Assembly (NCBI GenBank): GCA_044356455.1 | Contig: JBIKWF010000028.1 | Coordinates: 1 to 43,968, forward strand | Source: Bdellovibrionota bacterium | Lineage (GTDB): Bacteria > Bdellovibrionota_C > UBA2361 > JBGSMV01 | Length of the DNA stretch: 43,968 nucleotides | Direction: 5' to 3' | In this document: positions 1 through 8,243 of the stretch, piece after piece | Numbering within the stretch: the first letter of the stretch is position 1 | Layout of the letters: each line of letters opens with the position of its first letter | Program-made: the position numbers and the translations under genes | The notes under the pieces: model-generated | Database searches by the model: none | Seen by the model: the letters and a program-made list of their open reading frames with translations, nothing else | Told to the model about the DNA's origin: nothing

Positions 1-143
1 CCAATGACACAACGCTCCCCAATGTGAGTTCCCGTCAGGATGTGGCAGAAGTGCCAGATCTTTGTGCCGGCACCGATGCTGCTTCCGTCATCGACATAGG
101 AGCTTTCATGGACAAAGCTTGAATCTTGCGGGGAAGCACTCAC
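1..143 (-). CDS. wbpD: Hexapeptide-repeat N-acetyltransferase, WbpD/WlbB-like (5' part only; runs off the window)
   Basis: Not in the ORF track. Hand translation from GTG at 143 gives MSASPQDSSFVHESSYVDDGSSIGAGTKIWHFCHILTGTHIGERCVIG, the typical WbpD N-terminus. It lies directly downstream of wbpB. Confidence 0.8.
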   Translation of the reverse strand, partial: MSASPQDSSFVHESSYVDDGSSIGAGTKIWHFCHILTGTHIGERCVI

Positions 144-150
144 GCGTTTG

Positions 151-1095
151 CTACCTCCCACCTTTAAGGAACGGATGATAATCGCCGGTGAGGCCAAGTG
201 GGGTGGTATTCCGAATGGAACTTACAGCTTCAATCGAGGCGAAGGCGTCCCTAAGCCCGAAGCCTTTCCCCGCGAGTATGTTTTCATATGACTTCGTGTG
301 AAGGTCAGTAAATCCATCCGAAAATTCAACGGATTCACCATTAATCTGAAGCTGTCGATACGTGGTTTTTCCCGCCGACCGAACTGCATCAGGCAGGTCT
401 CTACTATTCACCGAAAGAAACCAGCGCACACGTGCATTCTCAAGCTCAAGATACCCGGCTGCCCGCCGAGGCTCGAGGACATGCACGACATTGTGCTGAA
501 CGCTGCCGAAGACATAGGAGAGCATGTCAAAGAAATGCACCCCTATGTTGGTAGCAACGCCGCCTGATTTGTCTACCGCCCCCTTCCAAGAAACATCATA
601 CCAGCGCCCGCGAGAGGTAATATACGTGAGGTCAATGTCACTCTTTCTCTCGCGTGGTTGAGAAGCAACTTTTTCCTTAAGCGCGATAATGGAGGGGTGA
701 TGCCGCAATTGTAAAATGGTGTGAACCCGCTTCCCCGTCTCACGCTCCATCTCTTCAAGTGGCTCAATGTTGCGCACATTAATGACCACCGGCTTCTCAC
801 AGATAGCATCGCAATTGCTTCTTAGGGCAAAGCGAATATGCGCATCGTGAAGATAGTTGGGAGAACAAATCGAGCAGTATTCAATTCCCGCGCCGCGGCG
901 GCGAAGCTTATCGATGTGACGATCAAATCTCTCGAACTCAGTGAAAAAATCAGCATCGGGGAAATAGCTATCCATGATCCCAACGCAGTCGTGCTTGTCG
1001 ACTGCGGCTACGAGGGTATTGCCGGTTTCTTTAATCGCCTTGAGATGGCGGGGGGCAATAAAACCTGCCGCCCCTATGAGTCCAAAGCTTTTCAC
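151..1095 (-). CDS. wbpB: Gfo/Idh/MocA oxidoreductase, UDP-GlcNAcA 3-dehydrogenase WbpB/WlbA-like
   Basis: FGLIGAAGFIAPRHLKAIK, FFTEFERFDRH, SICSPNYLH, CEKP, YITSRGRWY..SWKG, NIGVHFFDML and EFSDGFTDLHT motifs. Confidence 0.88.
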   Translation of the reverse strand: MKSFGLIGAAGFIAPRHLKAIKETGNTLVAAVDKHDCVGIMDSYFPDADFFTEFERFDRHIDKLRRRGAGIEYCSICSPNYLHDAHIRFALRSNCDAICEKPVVINVRNIEPLEEMERETGKRVHTILQLRHHPSIIALKEKVASQPRERKSDIDLTYITSRGRWYDVSWKGAVDKSGGVATNIGVHFFDMLSYVFGSVQHNVVHVLEPRRAAGYLELENARVRWFLSVNSRDLPDAVRSAGKTTYRQLQINGESVEFSDGFTDLHTKSYENILAGKGFGLRDAFASIEAVSSIRNTTPLGLTGDYHPFLKGGR

Positions 1096-1380
1096 GGTAC
1101 ATTCCTTTGAAGTTCTGCGCCTGCGATCTTCCTCGCCAAGAGTATCGCCTCACCTTGTCCTTCGATATCTCATTTCGATACTGGTTGAGGCTTAACCCGA
1201 GACCTGCTGTTCTTGGCTCACTAACAAATTTAGATGTTGATTTGATGTCCTGCGGAGCCAGTTTTGCAGACTAAAACGCAGTCTCTGCTGCGAATTTTCC
1301 TCATTCATTCCTGCTGCTTCCACAGGGCTTGGGCCCTGTGTCGCTCAGCGCCAATAAAAAGGAGAAAAGGAATCCGAAAC

Positions 1381-2589
1381 TTATTGCCTTGGCTGCCCTA
1401 CCTGCTTCTGCACATACCCACAAATGGTAGAGGCGATACTGAGAGAGGAGGTAGCAGCCGGAGATGGGGCGTTAAGGACATGCACCACCCCCCTATCCTC
1501 AAGAATGAGGAAATCATCCACAAGTTTACCGGAAGCATTTAACGCTTGCGCTCGCACTCCCGCTCCGGCAGGAACAAGGTCCTTCACCGAAACCTCTGGA
1601 ACTAAACGCTGGAGCGAGGCTGCGAATAGGACGGGACTCATCGAGCGCCGAAACTCCGTGAGCCCCATCTTCCAATGCCGAGCAGCAAAACGCCAAAACC
1701 CAGAATAGGTTAGCATTTCGGCAAGCTCCACGGGCCGAATGTCGCGATGTCGATAGCCCTCACGCGCCAGCGCAAGGACGGCATTGGGGCCGCACTCAAC
1801 TCCGCCTCGAATCATCCTGGTGAAGTGAACGCCAAGAAAGGGATATTCAGGATCCGGAACCGGATAAATGAGATTTCGGCAAAGCTTCTGTGCTTCAGGA
1901 CGTAGCTCATAATACTCTCCCCGAAAGGGCACTATGCGCGCGGGCGGAGACGCACCCATAAGTGTCGCCACTCGGTCACTGTAGAGGCCCGCACAATTCA
2001 CCACCAGATCCGCGTCAACCTGACCCGATTTTGTTTCAAGAATCCACCTTGCTCCAGCTCGAGACGCAGAAAGAAGGCCGGAATCTAGGCGAATTTCTCC
2101 TCCACGCTCCCGAATAACTTGGGCGTATGCTTGCCCCACTGCGACGTAGTCTATGATTCCAGCTTCGGGAACATGAATCGCGCGGAGTCCTTGCACGGCT
2201 GGCTCTATCTCACGCATCCGTTCTGGTCCTACGAGCTCACATGCCACGCCATTGGCGACGCCTCGCTCATACACCTTCTGAAGTCTTGGAAGCTCCAACT
2301 CTTCGGTTGCGATTATGAGCTTCCCGCAAATTTCGAAAGGAACATTGCGTTCTTTACAGAACTCTTCGAGCATTTTCTTTCCCTGAAAGCAGTTTTTAGC
2401 CTTCAGGGAACCGGGAGCGTAATAGATTCCCGTGTGCATGACGCCAGAGTTATGGCCTGATTGATGCCGCAGCAGTCCTGATTCTTTTTCGAGGACTATG
2501 ATTCGGTGGTTTGGAAACTGAGAGGTAAGTGTGTACGCGGTCCCTAGTCCCACGATGCCACCACCAATTATTACTATGGCAGAGTTCAT
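1381..2589 (-). CDS. lhgO: L-2-hydroxyglutarate oxidase (FAD-dependent)
   Basis: IIGGGIVG FAD motif, HQSGHNSGVMHTGIYYAPGSLKA, FRGEYY, IYPVPDP..PFLGVHFT, GPNAV, AGVRAQA, NAPSPAATSSL. Confidence 0.92.
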   Translation of the reverse strand: MNSAIVIIGGGIVGLGTAYTLTSQFPNHRIIVLEKESGLLRHQSGHNSGVMHTGIYYAPGSLKAKNCFQGKKMLEEFCKERNVPFEICGKLIIATEELELPRLQKVYERGVANGVACELVGPERMREIEPAVQGLRAIHVPEAGIIDYVAVGQAYAQVIRERGGEIRLDSGLLSASRAGARWILETKSGQVDADLVVNCAGLYSDRVATLMGASPPARIVPFRGEYYELRPEAQKLCRNLIYPVPDPEYPFLGVHFTRMIRGGVECGPNAVLALAREGYRHRDIRPVELAEMLTYSGFWRFAARHWKMGLTEFRRSMSPVLFAASLQRLVPEVSVKDLVPAGAGVRAQALNASGKLVDDFLILEDRGVVHVLNAPSPAATSSLSIASTICGYVQKQVGQPRQ

Positions 2590-2661
2590 AGGTCATTTAC
2601 CGGCGAAAAATTGCGAATAGTCACTTCAAAAAAAGAGCCTCCTTAACACCACTAGAAAAGG

Positions 2662-3612
2662 TTAGGGAAAGCCAGGAATAAATACCCAAGGAGGCCCCAG
2701 CGGCGCCGCAAAAATATACACAATCGTGCCAAGCGCGAGGTACGGCCCAAAGGGCAGTTGATACGTCATGCGCTTGCCCGAGGCGATGATCAGGAGAATG
2801 CCAATCACAGAACCAAGCAGGGAACCAATGAACATCGTATAGAGCGCGCCAGGAAGCCCAAAAAACGCACCGGTCAGCGCAAGAAGTTTCACATCACCAA
2901 GCCCGAGGCCCTCACGTTTGCGAATTCGGTAATAGCCTTCGGCAATGGCGTAAAGCACTCCGCCACCAAAAAGAACGCCTAAACCGGACTCAATAATCCC
3001 CGAAACAAAAGGCCAGCCCAAGAAGGGATAGAATTGGTTTACCAGTGAAAGCGCGAGCCCAATTCCAATTCCAGGAAGTGAGATCACATCCGGAATAATA
3101 TAGTAGTCGATGTCTATAAAACTGATGACGATGAGCATGCAGCAGAACACATATACGCCAGCAGCAGTTACCGTGGGGCCAAACGCGAGCAGCGACAACA
3201 CCGCAAAGAGGGCGGATAAAAGCTCTACCAGCGGGTATCGAAAGGGGATGCGGACCTTACAGAAGGCGCACTTTCCCCCCAACGCGAGCCAGCTAAAAAG
3301 AGGGATGTTATGAAACCAGTTAAGCTGCGCTTTGCACTCGGGACAAAAAGAGCGCGGCGGGTAAGTGAGAGAGAGTTCTTTCGTCGAGTTCGCTTCATCT
3401 TTGTGGAGGTCACCTTCCTGAGAGCCTTCTTCCTTAGAAGCCTCTTGAGTAGAGGACGCCTCAAGATTCGTTGCGCTGGCCTCCTCCTCTTCAGCTTCCC
3501 AATCTGGGGGCCCCTTCGGTCTTCCAAACGGCAAGCGATAAATGCACACCGTTAGAAAACTTCCAATGATAAGTCCAAATACTGCGACACCAATAAGAAG
3601 CAACACACGCAT
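2662..3612 (-). CDS. pilD: Type IV prepilin peptidase/N-methyltransferase (A24) with an acidic insertion
   Basis: GSFLTVCIYRLP, RSFCPEC..NIPLFSW...CAFC (Cys pairs), FIDIDYYIIPD, GLGDVKL, PFGPYL. ATG at 3612 chosen; the ORF track starts at 3618. Confidence 0.92.
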   Translation of the reverse strand: MRVLLLIGVAVFGLIIGSFLTVCIYRLPFGRPKGPPDWEAEEEEASATNLEASSTQEASKEEGSQEGDLHKDEANSTKELSLTYPPRSFCPECKAQLNWFHNIPLFSWLALGGKCAFCKVRIPFRYPLVELLSALFAVLSLLAFGPTVTAAGVYVFCCMLIVISFIDIDYYIIPDVISLPGIGIGLALSLVNQFYPFLGWPFVSGIIESGLGVLFGGGVLYAIAEGYYRIRKREGLGLGDVKLLALTGAFFGLPGALYTMFIGSLLGSVIGILLIIASGKRMTYQLPFGPYLALGTIVYIFAAPLGPPWVFIPGFP

Positions 3613-3802
3613 TACCAAAAAGGAAAGACGTTTCTTCTGACTGCTTCTCTATTCTCGTCCGCATTTCCACGTAACCGGCACGAGAGGAGTGCAACCTCGG
3701 CAGTCATATCTCGAGTAGGTAAGAGCCTGCCCCTCCAGAAAAATCCCACATTACTAGGCTTTTACATAGGCCCGGATTTTCCTAGGCAGCCCCTGAAAAA
3801 CG

Positions 3803-3875
3803 CACCTCTGGGCCCTCTGTGGTGAGATTTTCATCAAGAAATTCACCACAGAGGGCCCGAAGGTAGATAGAGGTG
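3803..3875. repeat. 9-nt-unit palindromic repeat, outward-facing type
   Basis: gggccctctgtggtga (3810-3825) and tcaccacagagggccc (3843-3858) form a perfect 16-bp IR, with outer cacctct/agaggtg. The right arm reads accacagag-ggcccgaag. Confidence 0.75.
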
Positions 3876-3912
3876 TATTAAGAATGAAGGTTTTTCAGAG
3901 ATTCCCTAGCCG

Positions 3913-4641
3913 CTACGCGGATCTACCAGCCTTGGCCCGAAGTTTTTCCATCAAGCCCGAAAACTCCTCTCGGCGAATGATTCCCGCGAACTCATTTCGA
4001 TAGTTCGCGACGAGCCCGATGTTCTCGATAATCACGTCATACACGCGCCAATTACCCTTCACGAATTGAAGCCGGTAATCGATGGGAAAGGTGTCGCCCT
4101 TGTTGGTAACCGTGGTGCGAACAATTGCTTTCGCTACCTCACCCGGGGCGGAGGGCATTTCAACTTTCTCCTTGTCGACACTCACCATATCGCTGGTGAC
4201 GGTCTCAACGCGGGCAAGGTAGGTTGACGCAAGGAGCTCTGAGAACACCGAGACAAACTCCTCCTGCTCAGAAGCTGTCCTCTTTGACCACTCAGGCCCA
4301 AGAGAACGGCGAGCCATTTCATCAAAATCAAAGCGCGGCTTGATAACACTCCTAAGTTTCTCCCGGCGCTGGGCTAGGTAGGCCTCACCCTTGAACTGCT
4401 CAACTGCGGCAATAACGTCATCGAGAGTCGCTCTCACCTCTTTAATCGGCGCAGGAAGGGTCCCTACACTGTCAGCTGCCTGGGCAACCGATCCCGCAGG
4501 GGACTCAGCAAAAGTACCGTGGGGCTGAAGAATCGCCACCAGGCCGATAGAAAGACAGGCACCGAGAAGAGATCTGCCGAAAAGAGACCTACTCGTGCGT
4601 CCTTCAACTACTACTGCGGCTTGCGCACTATTTCTTTCCAT
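3913..4641 (-). CDS. mlaC: MlaC/Ttg2D phospholipid-binding periplasmic protein
   Basis: FDFDEMARRSLG..W, IDYRL, WRVYDVIIENIGLVANYRNEF; last gene of the mla operon. Confidence 0.9.
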   Translation of the reverse strand: MERNSAQAAVVVEGRTSRSLFGRSLLGACLSIGLVAILQPHGTFAESPAGSVAQAADSVGTLPAPIKEVRATLDDVIAAVEQFKGEAYLAQRREKLRSVIKPRFDFDEMARRSLGPEWSKRTASEQEEFVSVFSELLASTYLARVETVTSDMVSVDKEKVEMPSAPGEVAKAIVRTTVTNKGDTFPIDYRLQFVKGNWRVYDVIIENIGLVANYRNEFAGIIRREEFSGLMEKLRAKAGRSA

Positions 4642-5122
4642 CTTCTTTTCCCTGTGGTGCTGATTTCTCAGGATCGCTTTCGAAACTATGGATAATCTTT
4701 CCGATAATATCTTCGATATCTACCGCGGACTCGGTCTCGGTAAGCTTCCCATTTTCAGGAATAAAACGCTCCGAGCCACCGCGCGATATTTTAATGTATT
4801 TATCGCCAATAATCCCTTTTGTCCGAACCGAGGCAATATCATCATCTCGCAACTTGACGCCTTCTTCCAGGCTTAAGGTCACCAGCGCCGCGGGGTCATT
4901 CAAATTTATCGCAGTAACCTGGCCCACCTGCACGCCTGCAATCTCAACCGAAGCTCCCGTTTTCAGGCCAGCGATATTATCGAACTCCGCGAGCACCGAA
5001 TACTGGCGAGGTCCAAAAAGTTTAAGGTCCCCTAATCCAATAGAAAGATACCCGGCTGCCGCAACACCGCAGAGGGTGAAGATGCCGACAAAAAACTCAG
5101 TCGAAAGGGAGCGCCTTGGCAT
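4628..5122 (-). CDS. mlaD: MlaD (MCE domain) lipid asymmetry protein
   Basis: EFFVGIF transmembrane segment, FDNIAGLKTGASVEIAGVQVGQV, TKGIIGDKYI. ATG at 5122 avoids overlap with mlaF. Confidence 0.9.
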   Translation of the reverse strand: MPRRSLSTEFFVGIFTLCGVAAAGYLSIGLGDLKLFGPRQYSVLAEFDNIAGLKTGASVEIAGVQVGQVTAINLNDPAALVTLSLEEGVKLRDDDIASVRTKGIIGDKYIKISRGGSERFIPENGKLTETESAVDIEDIIGKIIHSFESDPEKSAPQGKEDGKK

Positions 5123-5174
5123 AGGAATCCCCTGCGAAGATGCCGTCGACGAAGGCGAGGCTGTGCTTGAAGAA

Positions 5175-5924
5175 TTACTGGATTTTAATTGGTCCATCGA
5201 TCCGTCCATGCAAGAACTGAAAAACTGCTGGGTTTGTCGAACTAAGCAACTCTGCCGGTGCCCCTTCGACTATTATTTTTCCCCCAAGAATCATCGCTAC
5301 TCTATCCGATACTTGAAACACTTCGGGAAGCTCATGGCTTATCACCACTCCCGTAAAACCCCACTTCTCTTTGCTCTCCCGGATGAGGTCATACACCTCT
5401 TGCCCCGTGAGAGGATCAAGCCCCGTATTCGGCTCATCGAACAACAACACCTTGGGCTCTGTCACAAGCGAGCGGGCCATACCAACCCGTTTCCTCGTCG
5501 CCATTGAGATTTGCTGAGGCAAAAGGAAGGCGACACTTTCTAAGCTAAGCGCCTCAAGCATCGCACAAACTCGGCTATGCGCCTCACGCGCCCCCAAAAA
5601 CATCCTCTCACGAAGAGCAAACGCGACATTGTCATACACCGTAAGCGAATCAAAAAGAGCCGCTGACTGAAAAAGAACTCCCAAACAGGCGCGAATCTCG
5701 TTCTTTTCAGCCTCGCTCTTCGCCTTGGTGATACTTCGTCCCCCAATAAGAATATCTCCGCTGTCTGGCTGGAGAATGCCCATAATGAGCTTCAAAAGCA
5801 CCGACTTCCCTACTCCGCTGGGACCAACCACCGCAGTTGTCTTCCCAGGCTCTATCTCAAGATCGATCTCTCGCAGGACTACCTGAGATCCAAAACTTTT
5901 AGAAACGTTCCGCACCGAAATCAT
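5175..5924 (-). CDS. mlaF: MlaF ABC ATPase (atypical signature motif)
   Basis: Walker A GPSGVGKS, LFQSAALFDSLTVYDNVAF, LLFDEPNTGLDP, ISH; signature reads ISMAT. ATG at 5924 follows the mlaE stop. Confidence 0.88.
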   Translation of the reverse strand: MISVRNVSKSFGSQVVLREIDLEIEPGKTTAVVGPSGVGKSVLLKLIMGILQPDSGDILIGGRSITKAKSEAEKNEIRACLGVLFQSAALFDSLTVYDNVAFALRERMFLGAREAHSRVCAMLEALSLESVAFLLPQQISMATRKRVGMARSLVTEPKVLLFDEPNTGLDPLTGQEVYDLIRESKEKWGFTGVVISHELPEVFQVSDRVAMILGGKIIVEGAPAELLSSTNPAVFQFLHGRIDGPIKIQ

Positions 5925-5928
5925 GCTA

Positions 5929-6720
5929 CTAATCCATGAACATTCGAGTGAGGATGCTAGAGAGGAAGTAGTCAATTACAAGAACTGCTACCGATGCAGT
6001 TACCACGGATTGAGTGGTTGCTTTATTCACTCCCACCGCCCCGAATCCGCACGTGTACCCCTTATAACAAGCAACCCAGCCAAAAATAATTCCAAATACA
6101 AATGACTTAATAAGACCCGATGAAACGTCGGTGGTAGTTACGCCAGCAATCATCTGGCTCATGAAGGTGCCTGAGCTCAGTCCTAGGATCCCAACGCCGA
6201 CAAGGTAGCCGCCGAAAATTCCAACTACGATGTTTAGCGAGGCGAGGAGCGGCATCACCAGTACCCCCGCGAGAAACCGGGGCACCATGAGATACCGGAT
6301 GGGATCCACTGCCATGGAGCGTAGCGCATCAATCTGCTCGGTAATGCGCATAATGCCGAGCTCGGCTGTCACCGCAGAACCCGCGCGACCAATAACCATG
6401 AGCGCGGTTAAGACGGGGCCAAGCTCTCTAATTAAGCTAAGCGCGACCGCAGATCCGGTGTAGGCGGTAGCTCCAAACTTGGCGAGCGTATACTCGCCTT
6501 GGACTGCGAGAACGGCTCCGGTAAAGAACCCAATCAAAGCGATCACAAGCGAGGAATTCACACCAATCTGAAGCGCTTGTGTTAAAAAAAGCTGCCAACG
6601 GAACGGGGGCGTCACAAGCGCCTTGAGAATACGCAGAAAGAAAATCCAGGACCGCCCCCAGCCTTCCGCGATATCGATTACCGCCTTCCCGAAACGTTCA
6701 GTAGCAACTACGACACTCAT
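5929..6720 (-). CDS. mlaE: MlaE ABC permease
   Basis: RELGPVLTALMVIGRAGSAVTAELGIMRITEQIDAL..MAVDPIRYL..PR, GVNKATT. Confidence 0.93.
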   Translation of the reverse strand: MSVVVATERFGKAVIDIAEGWGRSWIFFLRILKALVTPPFRWQLFLTQALQIGVNSSLVIALIGFFTGAVLAVQGEYTLAKFGATAYTGSAVALSLIRELGPVLTALMVIGRAGSAVTAELGIMRITEQIDALRSMAVDPIRYLMVPRFLAGVLVMPLLASLNIVVGIFGGYLVGVGILGLSSGTFMSQMIAGVTTTDVSSGLIKSFVFGIIFGWVACYKGYTCGFGAVGVNKATTQSVVTASVAVLVIDYFLSSILTRMFMD

Positions 6721-6952
6721 TTAAATTGAGCCTCTTCCTTTGGCTTCTTTGTTCACGGAAATCATCTCAGAAATCCGCATCCCAAATGTACTCATGTTTA
6801 CGAACACTGCTCCCACGGGCCACGCACCTCTATAGTGGCGTGCTTCCCCCCTTAGTACCATCCACGGAACTTCACGAGGAGGGGGCACTTCACGGGGAAA
6901 GGGAATTGTTTATTAGACCGGCATGGGGCCGGCCTCATGGGTTTAGCCCTAC

Positions 6953-7555
6953 TCAGGCGCCCCGGAAGCCCGTAAAAATTACGTAGAACTCGTTCGAGGT
7001 AGACCGAGTAGAGTCGAGCTCAGAACGCGTGGTTTTATTAAACCTTGGTCTCGCACTTTTGACAAACGCCTCCGCCTCAGCGCTCTTGAAGACCTTGGTG
7101 ACAAGAGCTCCGCCAGGCGCAAGCGTCTTTTCAGCGATGAAATGGGCAAGTTCGGCACAGGCTGTAGAACCGGCGCGGTCTGCCTCCTTTATTCCAGTGA
7201 GCTTAGGGGACATATCGGAGAGCACCGCAGAAAAGCGCCCTCCAGCAAGCTGAAAGGCTTTCTCAATATTTTCGTCGTCCCGTGCATCACCCGTAATAGT
7301 GTGTGTATTTGCAGCGCCTATCGGGTCAATTTCCACTAGATCAATCCCAACAACGCGGCCCTGCTCACCCACGAGTTTTGAAGCCACTTGCAGCCATCCT
7401 CCTGGCCAGGCGCCCAAGTCGAGGACACGGTCTCCAGGACGGATAATTTTGAAGCGCTCGTTTATCTCAAGCAGCTTATAGGCAGCACGAGACCGATATC
7501 CGTCCTCCTTGGCCTTTTTATAGAGGCGATCTTCTCTGTTGTAACTACTTGACAT
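6953..7555 (-). CDS. rlmE: 23S rRNA Um2552 methyltransferase RlmE/FtsJ
   Basis: GYRSRAAYKLLEI, VLDLGAWPGGWLQ, SDMSP, K-D-K-E tetrad, SR/TRSxSxEFY. Confidence 0.93.
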   Translation of the reverse strand: MSSSYNREDRLYKKAKEDGYRSRAAYKLLEINERFKIIRPGDRVLDLGAWPGGWLQVASKLVGEQGRVVGIDLVEIDPIGAANTHTITGDARDDENIEKAFQLAGGRFSAVLSDMSPKLTGIKEADRAGSTACAELAHFIAEKTLAPGGALVTKVFKSAEAEAFVKSARPRFNKTTRSELDSTRSTSNEFYVIFTGFRGA

Positions 7556-7709
7556 CTCGATGTTTCTTTCTATTGCGCCGCTGAATTACACTAGACACTA
7601 GAAAAAGACTTGAAATTCCATTTCGCGTCTGGTATCGAACAATACTAGAAACCAACTGGTCCTAGACGACTAATTCACTCCAACGACTAATTCAGAGGGA
7701 GCAATATAT

Positions 7710-7961
7710 ATGGGCGCTTCACTTTTTCCAGTTCCAGGGATCCTGTCTGTTAGCATCGACGCTCTCCTTGCTCTTACAACTGCTCTCTACCTTTTGAAAC
7801 TCCTTGTTGTCGATCTTATGGGAGTGAAAGGCATCGGGGCTAGGCAGCTTCTGGGAGCTACCATGATGGGAGTCGATGGCTTCGCCCCCGGGTCTGTTCT
7901 GTGCGGGGCTGGCGAAAAAAGGTCGCTGTTGCACCAGAATGTTAGGCGGAAGGCCTGGTAG
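7710..7961 (+). CDS. Small hypothetical membrane protein
   Basis: GAGGGAG Shine-Dalgarno-like sequence upstream of the ATG and one hydrophobic segment; fills the intergenic gap. No recognisable family. Confidence 0.4.
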   Translation: MGASLFPVPGILSVSIDALLALTTALYLLKLLVVDLMGVKGIGARQLLGATMMGVDGFAPGSVLCGAGEKRSLLHQNVRRKAW

Positions 7962-8046
7962 AGCTGCCGGCTTGGTAGTTGAGGCCTTGATAGCTGGCGA
8001 GCTGGGTAGGCGAAACTGTTTTCTGGGGGCACTCTTTTATTGGGCT

Positions 8047-8106
8047 GCGAAGGACACTAAGGAAAGGGAATTCAATACCTTCGTGTCCATCGCGTCCTTC
8101 GCGTTA
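8047..8106. repeat. 9-nt-unit palindromic repeat, inward-facing type
   Basis: gcgaaggacactaagg ... ccttcgtgtccatcgcgtccttcgcgtta; close in sequence to the 10621-10685 copy. Confidence 0.75.
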
Positions 8107-8243
8107 CAACGGACGGTCCCAAATAGCCTCGAACACAGTCTGTAAGAGTAAGTTGCGCCTTATACAACTATGAGTATTCGCTGAGCCATTACTACCAGCA
8201 CCGATTCTCGTGACTTGCCCTTCGCTGACTGCTATTTTCCTTT

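Noticed and set aside
1096..1380. JUMPstart/ops element or riboswitch upstream of wbpB
   Set aside because: No GGCGGTAG on the coding strand; only an 8-bp hairpin (1321-1340) of unclear meaning
4794..5507. 237-aa plus-strand ORF
   Set aside because: Antisense shadow of mlaD/mlaF with no motifs
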